Notes under the pieces: model-generated
Seen by the model: the letters and a program-made list of their open reading frames with translations, nothing else
What the model was told of the DNA's origin: nothing
The model's database searches: none
Program-made: the position numbers and the translations under genes
Shown: positions 56,968-64,000 of the stretch, piece by piece
Position numbering within the stretch: position 1 is the first letter of the stretch
Layout: every line of letters starts with the position of its first letter
NCBI GenBank assembly: GCA_044229975.1
Contig: JBGARZ010000009.1
Span: forward strand, 1-64,000
DNA from: Polyangiales bacterium
Lineage (GTDB): Bacteria > Myxococcota_A > Polyangia > Polyangiales > Ga0077539
Length of the DNA: 64,000 nucleotides
Direction of reading: 5' to 3'

Positions 56968-59913
56968 ATGCGGAGACTCTCGTGGGTGGCGCTCTGGGCG
57001 TGCGTGATGACGGCCTGTCTGGGCCGGTCGGTGGTGGGCGGACCCGAGGACAGCGGCAACGGTGTCACCGACCTCGGCGTCGACGTCACCGCGGACGCGG
57101 GCTTCGATGCGGGCCTCGACACCGGCGCGCGCGACGTTCCCGCCGTGGACACACCGCCGACGGACACCCCCGCGGCGCGTTGCACCGCCAACAGCGACTG
57201 CCGCGACAACGAGTTTGGCTTCAACGTGTGCGACCTCCCGTCGGGGCGCTGCGTGGCCTGCTCGCCCACCGCGGACACCTGTCCTGCGGGGCAGTTCTGC
57301 GATGGGGCGACCTTCCGGTGCAGCCCCGGCTGCCGCAACGACGAGGGCTGCGCGCCGGGTGTCACGGGCGACGCCGGAACCACCGCGACGCCGCGCTGTG
57401 ACGTCGCCACCCGCCGCTGCGTGGCGTGTGTGACCGACGCCCACTGCCCGTCGGGCCTCGTCTGCGCGGGCAACGTCTGCGTGATGGGCTGCACCGCCAC
57501 GCAGCCCTGCCCGTCGGGCCAGTCGTGCTGCTCGGGCGCGTGCGTCGACCCGCGGACCAACACCGACCACTGCGGCGCCTGCGGGACGATGTGCACCGTC
57601 GCCAACGGCGCCGCCGACTGCCGCGCGGGCGTCTGCGCGGTGGGCCTCTGCACGGGCTCATTCCGTGACTGCGACAGCGCCGCGGCCAACGGCTGCGAGA
57701 CCGACTCGTCGACCAGCGTGATGCACTGCGGCGGCTGTGGGATGGCCTGCGCGACGCGGCCCAACACCACCGCGACCTGCGCGATGGGCATGTGCGCCTA
57801 CGCCTGCAACGCGGGCTTCGCCGACTGCGACATGGACCCGAGCAACGGCTGCGAGGTGACGCTCGCCACGAGCGCCGCCCACTGCGGGATGTGCGGCAAC
57901 GCGTGCATGGTGGCCAACGGCGTCGCGGCCTGCGTCGCGGGCGTGTGCGCCGTGGGCTCGTGCGCGGATGGGTTTGCCAACTGCGATGGAGACGTGAGCA
58001 ACGGCTGCGAGGTGGACACGCGCACCACGCTCGCCCACTGCGGCGCGTGCGGGACGGTGTGTCCGACGCCCGCCAACGCCGCCGCGACCTGCGCGATGGG
58101 GGCGTGTGGCCTTCGTTGCAATGACGGCTTCGGCAACTGCGACGGGGACGCCACCAACGGCTGCGAGGTCGACCTGCGCGTGACGCTCACCCACTGCGGG
58201 GCGTGCTCCAACGTCTGCCCCACCCGCGCTGCGAGCGCGCCGACCTGCGCGATGGGGGCGTGTGGCCTTCGTTGCGACGCGGGCTTCGCCAACTGCAACG
58301 CGATGGACGCCGACGGCTGCGAGGTAACCCTCGCCACCAACGTCGCCCACTGCGGGGTGTGCGGCAACGCGTGCCCGCTCGGGTCGGACTGCGTCGCGGG
58401 CGCCTGCACCACGCGGCCCGCGGGCGACGGGCGCGACGGCGAGCTCATCGTGACGGACACCTACGACCACGCGACGCGCCTCCGCAACGGGCGCACCGTC
58501 GGCGACGCGGTGAGCTTCCCGGTCACTGGCATCGCGGGGGACTCGGTTCGGGTCACCGGGACGCCCGCGACGGGGATCGCCGTCGGCGACGAGGTGGTGG
58601 TCATCAACCTGCGCGGGACGGCTACCGCCTTCACGAACGTGGGTCGCTGGGAGAGCCACCTCGTGGCGGGCGTGTCGGGCGACACGGTGCGCCTCGACGG
58701 CGCCGTCACGGGCGTCTTCGGCAACGTGACCAACGCCGACCTCACGGGGCAGACCGTGGTGTTGCAGAGGGTTCCGCAGTACACGCGGGTCATCGTGCGG
58801 AGCGGCGGTCGGCTGACCACCGCGGGCTTCGACGGGACGCGCGGCGGCGTGCTGTGGCTGAAGGCCAACGAGCGGGTCACCGTCGAGGCCGGCGGGGCGA
58901 TCGACACCGACGCGCGCGGGTTTCGTGGCGGCGCGGCGGGCGGCGGCGACGGCTCGGGCGGTCGCGGGGGCGAGTGCTACGCGGGCGCGGGCGGCAACGG
59001 CGGCGCGCTGGGCATGGCGGGTCTCCTGGGCGGCGGCAACGGCGACGGGGCGCCGACGCCGACCGTGGGCGGACGCTGCGCGGGCGGCGGTGGCGGCGAC
59101 AGCACGGGCAACAGCGACGACGGTTCGGGCGGTGGCGGCGGCGGTGGTTACGGCGGCGGTGGAGGCGGTGGAGGCGGCGGCACGGGCTGCGGCGCCGACG
59201 GCTCGGCCGGCGGAACGGGTGGTCTGACGGGCATCCCCGCGGGCGGCGGCGGCGGGTCGACGTGCAACCCGGCGGACATGGCGCGCGGCGGCAACGGCGG
59301 CAACGCGGGCTCGCCGGGCAACACCGCGACGTCATCGAGCACGCCAGCGCCGCCGTACCTCGCGGGCTCGGTGGGCGTCGGGGCCATCGGCGGCGGCGGC
59401 GGTGGCGGGACGACGGGCAACTACTACGGCGGTGGCGGTGGTGGCGGCGGTGGCCTCGCGGGGGACGCGGACTTCGGGCTGATCCTGCTGGGCGCGGCGG
59501 GCGGCGGCGGTGGTGGCAGCGCGTTTTCGACGACGGGCGCGGCGGGCGGCGGGGGCGGCGGCGTCGTGACGCTCATCTCGCCACGCATCGAGGTGGCGGC
59601 GACGGCGCGCGTCTCGGCCAACGGGGCCTCGGGTGAGGTCATCGTCGCGCGCAACCGCGGGGCGTGTGGCGGCGGCGGCTCGGGCGGGAGCGTTCGGCTG
59701 CGGGCGCGCGACCTCGTGCTGACGGGCAACGTCTCGGCGGTCGGCGGCGTGCCGGTGCGCTCGGGCGGTTCGGGCGGCGGTGGGGGAGGGGTCGGCCGGG
59801 TGCGGGCGGAGTTCGCGACGGTCAACGGCGAGGCGCAGGGGACGGCCCCCGCGACGACGGCCCTCACGGCCCGGGTAAGCCCGGCTCCGGGCTCGACGGC
59901 CGGGGGCATTTGA
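56968..59913 (+). CDS. Large Cys-rich lipoprotein with Gly-rich C-terminal domain (surface/adhesin-like)
   Basis: Signal with MTAC; about five CDxDxxNGCE..HCGxCGxxC repeats; QRVPQY..V..GG; poly-Gly tracts; GGGGSGGSVRL. Confidence 0.85.
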   Translation: MRRLSWVALWACVMTACLGRSVVGGPEDSGNGVTDLGVDVTADAGFDAGLDTGARDVPAVDTPPTDTPAARCTANSDCRDNEFGFNVCDLPSGRCVACSPTADTCPAGQFCDGATFRCSPGCRNDEGCAPGVTGDAGTTATPRCDVATRRCVACVTDAHCPSGLVCAGNVCVMGCTATQPCPSGQSCCSGACVDPRTNTDHCGACGTMCTVANGAADCRAGVCAVGLCTGSFRDCDSAAANGCETDSSTSVMHCGGCGMACATRPNTTATCAMGMCAYACNAGFADCDMDPSNGCEVTLATSAAHCGMCGNACMVANGVAACVAGVCAVGSCADGFANCDGDVSNGCEVDTRTTLAHCGACGTVCPTPANAAATCAMGACGLRCNDGFGNCDGDATNGCEVDLRVTLTHCGACSNVCPTRAASAPTCAMGACGLRCDAGFANCNAMDADGCEVTLATNVAHCGVCGNACPLGSDCVAGACTTRPAGDGRDGELIVTDTYDHATRLRNGRTVGDAVSFPVTGIAGDSVRVTGTPATGIAVGDEVVVINLRGTATAFTNVGRWESHLVAGVSGDTVRLDGAVTGVFGNVTNADLTGQTVVLQRVPQYTRVIVRSGGRLTTAGFDGTRGGVLWLKANERVTVEAGGAIDTDARGFRGGAAGGGDGSGGRGGECYAGAGGNGGALGMAGLLGGGNGDGAPTPTVGGRCAGGGGGDSTGNSDDGSGGGGGGGYGGGGGGGGGGTGCGADGSAGGTGGLTGIPAGGGGGSTCNPADMARGGNGGNAGSPGNTATSSSTPAPPYLAGSVGVGAIGGGGGGGTTGNYYGGGGGGGGGLAGDADFGLILLGAAGGGGGGSAFSTTGAAGGGGGGVVTLISPRIEVAATARVSANGASGEVIVARNRGACGGGGSGGSVRLRARDLVLTGNVSAVGGVPVRSGGSGGGGGGVGRVRAEFATVNGEAQGTAPATTALTARVSPAPGSTAGGI

Positions 59914-59968
59914 CGATCTGCACTTTCCTCACCCAAGGATCCCCTACCCCTCCCTATCGGACCTCGTC

Positions 59969-60706
59969 ATGGTCGCCCCTCGTCGCCCGCGATTGACGCC
60001 GCCCCACGCGCTCCCCGCCGTGGCCCATGGCCCGCCGCCCGTCCCCACCGACGCGCTGGTGCGGGCCGCGCGCAACGGTCACGCCCGCGCCTTTCAAGAG
60101 CTGGTGCGGCGCTTTCGCCCGCGCATCCGGGCCCTCGCCCTCCAGCTCACGGCCAATGCTTCCGATGCCGACGACGTGACCCAGGACGCGTTCCTGCGCG
60201 CCTGGGAGAACCTCGCCACCTTCGAGGGTCGCAGCGCCTTCTTCACCTGGATCTACCGCATCGCCGTCAACCGCGCGCTCCAGGTTCGGCAGCGCGCCGC
60301 GAGCCGCCCCTGCGTCGACCCCGATGACCCGCGCGTGGCCCTCGCGGTGGCCGTCGACGCCCACACCTCGCCCCACCACGCCATCGAGCTGCGCGAGCGT
60401 TACGGCCAGCTCCTGTGGGCCTTCGACCAGCTCTCGCCGCTGCTGCGCACCACCGTCGCGCTCACCACCCTCCAGGGGCTCAGCTACCCCGAGGCGGCCG
60501 CCGTTCTCAATGTGCCCGAGGGGACCATCGCGTGGCGCATGCACGAGGCCCGCGCGAAGCTCCGCGCCGCCCTCGACCGCTTCGGTGAAGCGCCCGTCGA
60601 GGCCCCCGAAGCGCCCCGTCGTCGCGCCCGGTCTGCCCAGCCGAGGGAGCGTGACCCCAACATCGCGTCGCTGGCCTTCGCGCTGGCGGCGGTGTTCCAG
60701 GGTTGA
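59969..60706 (+). CDS. ECF RNA polymerase sigma factor
   Basis: DADDVTQDAFLRAW, FFTWIYRIAVN, GLSYPEAAAVL.VPEGTI..R.HEAR. Confidence 0.93.
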   Translation: MVAPRRPRLTPPHALPAVAHGPPPVPTDALVRAARNGHARAFQELVRRFRPRIRALALQLTANASDADDVTQDAFLRAWENLATFEGRSAFFTWIYRIAVNRALQVRQRAASRPCVDPDDPRVALAVAVDAHTSPHHAIELRERYGQLLWAFDQLSPLLRTTVALTTLQGLSYPEAAAVLNVPEGTIAWRMHEARAKLRAALDRFGEAPVEAPEAPRRRARSAQPRERDPNIASLAFALAAVFQG

Positions 60707-60743
60707 CACCGCCCGACCCGACGCGATGTAACGTCCGCTGACG

Positions 60744-61061
60744 ATGTACCTCGGTCGCGTGGTCGGAACCTGCGTCGCCACCCAGCGCACCCCCAACCTG
60801 GAGGGCGTCCGGTTGTTGGTGGTGGAGCCCGTCGATGGCGACGGCAAGGTGACCGGAGCGCCCTTCGTCGCGGCCGATACGGTCAGCGCGGGCCCCGGTG
60901 AGCTGGTGTTTCTCGTGGGCGCGAGGGAGGCGTCGCTCGCACTGGAGCAGCCGTTTGTTCCGATCGACGCGGCCATCGTCGGGCTCGTCGATGAAGTGCA
61001 CCGCACCGACGGGGGCGCGGGCTTCCTGCGCGGCCGCGATGACCTCCGGGGTGCGCCGTGA
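60744..61061 (+). CDS. Microcompartment vertex protein (BMC-P, EutN/CcmL family)
   Basis: MYLGRVVGTCVAT..VAADTVSAGPGELV..PIDAAIVGLVD. Confidence 0.93.
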   Translation: MYLGRVVGTCVATQRTPNLEGVRLLVVEPVDGDGKVTGAPFVAADTVSAGPGELVFLVGAREASLALEQPFVPIDAAIVGLVDEVHRTDGGAGFLRGRDDLRGAP

Positions 61062-61336
61062 AGATCGCCCGCGTCGTGGGGACGCTCACCGCCACGGTTC
61101 ACCAGGCTTCGTATGACGGCCAGACGCTGCTGCTCTGCGCGCCCGTCGATCCGAAGGGCGCGGTGACGGGGGAGACCTTCGTCGCGGTCGATCACGCGCA
61201 GGCGGGGGTCGGCGACACGGTGCTGGTCAACGCCGAGGGCGGCGGGGCGCGGCTGGTGTTCGGGCGCAAGCTCACCGACCCGCTGGCCATTCAAGACGTG
61301 ATCGTGGGCGTGGTCGACGCCTACCACGAGGGATAG
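61058..61336 (+). CDS. Microcompartment vertex protein (BMC-P, EutN/CcmL family)
   Basis: MKIARVVGTLTAT..VAVDHAQAGVGDTVLV..IVGVVD; GTGA overlap. Confidence 0.93.
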   Translation: MKIARVVGTLTATVHQASYDGQTLLLCAPVDPKGAVTGETFVAVDHAQAGVGDTVLVNAEGGGARLVFGRKLTDPLAIQDVIVGVVDAYHEG

Positions 61337-61338
61337 CG

Positions 61339-61980
61339 ATGGAGACGCGCACGCGGGAGGAGATCGTCCGCGCCTGCGGGTACCTCGTGACCCGCGGTTG
61401 GGTCGCCAACCACGACGGCAACGCGTCGGCGAAGGTGTCAGCGCAGCGCCTCGTGTGCACCCCGGGCGCGACGCACAAGGGCGCCATCCGGGCGCAAGAC
61501 CTGCTGGTCACCGACCCTGCGGGCAAGCTGCTCTCGGGGCGCGGAAAGACCTTCTCGGAGTACGCGCTGCACCTCGCGGTGTACCGGCTGCGGAAGGACG
61601 TTGGGGCCGTGGTGCACGCGCATCCGCCCTTCGCGACGGCGCTCGGGGCGTGCGGGCGCGAGCTGGTGACGTTCCTGCCGGAGGCGGTGGTGTCGCTGGG
61701 GGCGAAGGTTCCGCTGGTGCCCTTGGCGATGCCGGGTGGTGCGGCGGTGAAGGCCCTGGAGGGCTTCGTCTCGGGCTACGACGCGGTGCTCATCGCGGGC
61801 AACGGGGTGCTGTCCTGGGGCGACGATGTGGAGCAGGCGCTGCTGCGGCTGGAGCTGGTCGAGCACCTCGCCACCATCGCGACGCACGCGCAGGTGTGGG
61901 GCGGCCCGCAGCCGCTCCCGGCCGAGATGATTGCGTCGCTGCTGGAGGCGCGGAAGAAGGCGTTTCCCGGGCGAAGCTGA
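61339..61980 (+). CDS. Class II aldolase/adducin family protein
   Basis: NHDGNAS, TP, SEYALH, VVHAHPP; AGNG in place of the usual NHG. Confidence 0.9.
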   Translation: METRTREEIVRACGYLVTRGWVANHDGNASAKVSAQRLVCTPGATHKGAIRAQDLLVTDPAGKLLSGRGKTFSEYALHLAVYRLRKDVGAVVHAHPPFATALGACGRELVTFLPEAVVSLGAKVPLVPLAMPGGAAVKALEGFVSGYDAVLIAGNGVLSWGDDVEQALLRLELVEHLATIATHAQVWGGPQPLPAEMIASLLEARKKAFPGRS

Positions 61981-61999
61981 CGGCGACGAAGGAACGACG

Positions 62000-63973
62000 A
62001 TGACGAGACTGGGATTGGCCTCCGTGATGGCGCTGGTGACGGTCATGGGCTGCAACCCGCTGGCCCCATCGGGAGACTTCGGCTCCGACAGCAGCGTCGA
62101 TGGCAGCACGACGGACATCGCCGTGGCGGCCGACGGCGAGACCAGCGACGCACAGGCGCTCGACGCCTCGGGCGATGGCGGAACCAAGCCGGGCGACGTG
62201 CCGGTCGTCACCGACGTCACCAAGACCGACGACGTCCCGGTCGCGCCCGACGCGAGCATCGACGACGTGCCCGTGACGCCCGACGACGTCCTCGTGAAGC
62301 CCGACGCGAGCGTCGACGACGTCCCCGTGACGCCGGTGGATGTGCCGGTGACGCCGGATGATGTCCCCGTGCCGCCCGTGGATGTGCCGGTCACGCCGGT
62401 CGACGTCCCGACCCCCATCGACGTCCCGACGCCGATCGACATCCCGGTCACGCCCATCGATGTGCCCGTGCCGCCGGTCGATGTCCCGACGCCTCCCGTG
62501 GATGTGCCGCCGGCGGTCGACGTGCCTCCGGCGGTCGACCCGTGCCTCGCGCCGGTCAACCTCAACGCCGCCGGGTCGCTCTCGGGGTCGGTGCTCCGAT
62601 ACGTCGGCAACAACACCGCCACGTCGACTGCCACCACGTACAGCGCGTGTACCCGCATCGGCCACGTGCTCGCCTTCTCGTACACCACGCGCACGCTCAC
62701 GCGGCTCCAGGTGTCGACCGACAACGCGGGCACGGCCGCCAGCTTCGACACCGTGGCCTTCTCGCAAGACCGCTGCGTGGCGACCGGCGCGAGGTCGCTC
62801 GGCTGCGACGACGACAGCGGCAGCACCCGCAGCCGTTCGTCGGTGTTCACCACCGCGGCGCTCCCGGCGGGGACGACGGTGTTCCTCTTCGTCGCGGGCT
62901 ACGAGCCGCCCACCGACGCCGCGTGGACCTCCGCGGGCCCCTTCGAGCTCAGCGTCACGGAGCTCCCTCCGCTCCCCATCATCCCGATCGGCGGCGTCTG
63001 CGACTCCACCGGCGCGACCAACGTGTGCGCCGCCGCGTCGTCGTGCCGCCTCTCCGCGGGCACCTACCGCTGCATCGCCGACGGCGCCCTCGGCGGAACC
63101 TGCCGCGCCGCCGCCCCCCGCTGCGACTCGCCCTCCGAGTGCAACACCGGCACGTCGCTGTGCCAGCCCGCCGCGGGCACCAACGGCGGCTACTGCCGCC
63201 TCTCTGCGACGCCGTGTGACGCGGGCCTCGGCTGCTCGCCCACGGGCTCGCCCATGTGTCGACCCGTGGTGGCCGACGGCGCGAGCTGCGACCCGACCTC
63301 CTTGGCCAACGTGTGCCTCGGCGCCGCGCAGTGCCTCGGCGCGGCGGGCAGCGCGACCTGCCGACGGTTCTTCACCGAGACGCCCATCCCCTCGCCGACC
63401 TTCGTCGACGCCTGCGCCCTGGGCACGCGCGTCACGCTCGCCGGCACCGGCGGTCGCGACGACAACCACGCCGCGGCGCTCACCAGCATTCCGTGGACGT
63501 TCATGTTCTTCGGCACGCCGGCGCTCAACTTCTGGCCGAGCACCAACGGCTTCATCCACTTCGGGACGACGGCGCCGCCCGACGACACCGGCGGTCACGC
63601 CTCCATCCCCGACACCGGCGCGGGTCCCATCATCGCGCCGCTCTGGGACGACCTCGTGCTGCGCGCGTCGCCCGGCTCCGACCTCTGCGTCGCGACCGTC
63701 GGCACGACCCCCAATCGCCGCATGGTGATCGAGTGGCTCGACGCCTACCGCTACACCGTCAACGAGGCGCACATCACCATGGAGGTCGTGCTCTACGAGC
63801 GCGGCTCGGTCATCGACTTCGTCTACAACCGCCTCGAAGGTCCCGCCGGGTCGACCGCCTCCGTCGACGGCAGCCGCGCCACGGTCGGCATCCAGAACGC
63901 CAACGGCGTCCTCCACGTCATCCACCCCGGAACGGTCTCCACCGCGACGGGCATCCGCATCACCCCGCTCTGA
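62000..63973 (+). CDS. Surface lipoprotein: DVP-repeat tether, PPC-like domain, Cys-rich repeats, NIDO-like C-terminus
   Basis: AAGGA SD; lipobox VMGC; (DVPVTP)n; FDTV..CDDD; FMFFG..STNGFIHF..IAPLWDDL..VIEW..ATVGIQ. Confidence 0.82.
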   Translation: MTRLGLASVMALVTVMGCNPLAPSGDFGSDSSVDGSTTDIAVAADGETSDAQALDASGDGGTKPGDVPVVTDVTKTDDVPVAPDASIDDVPVTPDDVLVKPDASVDDVPVTPVDVPVTPDDVPVPPVDVPVTPVDVPTPIDVPTPIDIPVTPIDVPVPPVDVPTPPVDVPPAVDVPPAVDPCLAPVNLNAAGSLSGSVLRYVGNNTATSTATTYSACTRIGHVLAFSYTTRTLTRLQVSTDNAGTAASFDTVAFSQDRCVATGARSLGCDDDSGSTRSRSSVFTTAALPAGTTVFLFVAGYEPPTDAAWTSAGPFELSVTELPPLPIIPIGGVCDSTGATNVCAAASSCRLSAGTYRCIADGALGGTCRAAAPRCDSPSECNTGTSLCQPAAGTNGGYCRLSATPCDAGLGCSPTGSPMCRPVVADGASCDPTSLANVCLGAAQCLGAAGSATCRRFFTETPIPSPTFVDACALGTRVTLAGTGGRDDNHAAALTSIPWTFMFFGTPALNFWPSTNGFIHFGTTAPPDDTGGHASIPDTGAGPIIAPLWDDLVLRASPGSDLCVATVGTTPNRRMVIEWLDAYRYTVNEAHITMEVVLYERGSVIDFVYNRLEGPAGSTASVDGSRATVGIQNANGVLHVIHPGTVSTATGIRITPL

Positions 63974-64000
63974 TGGCCACCGTCGCCGACTGCCCCTGGT

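Overview
A very GC-rich bacterial window with no rRNA, tRNA or CRISPR array. The gene repertoire suggests Myxococcota, probably Polyangiales/Haliangiales-like (inference). Supporting genes are Hanks-type kinases, an FHA-sigma54 activator, Cys-rich lipoproteins with Asp-rich tethers, a DUF1552/DUF1592 pair and an OmpA/TSP3 protein. Left to right: a possible IS fragment at the edge; an interrupted lipoprotein-C39 peptidase-Rhs toxin gene with a low-GC tip and immunity candidate; tonB-exbD; an RND/MFP/MarR/TolC efflux locus; glmS; a surface and signalling cluster; MarC and a metallophosphoesterase; a 92-bp near-perfect inverted repeat; DUF1592-CBM2/DUF1552; a small Cys-rich peptide facing a stand-alone LanM-type dehydratase domain (DUF4135-like); LysR and pirin; a CHRD lipoprotein; a carotenoid oxygenase with two thiolases; deacetylase and RCC1 lipoproteins; rraA; an HxlR remnant; an atypical phospholipase A2; amt; an orphan PAAR-like DUF4280; OYE, YoaK, Coq4-like, TetR and P450; large Cys/Gly-rich surface proteins; an ECF sigma factor; and a microcompartment satellite locus (two BMC-P genes plus an aldolase). 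The best candidates for undescribed biology are (1) the minimal LanM-like enzyme with its catalytic motifs intact but no cyclase, and (2) the Sec/lipoprotein Rhs carrying its own C39 protease followed by a double-glycine-leader-like motif. All calls come from motif recognition by eye; no searches were run, and start codons are best estimates.
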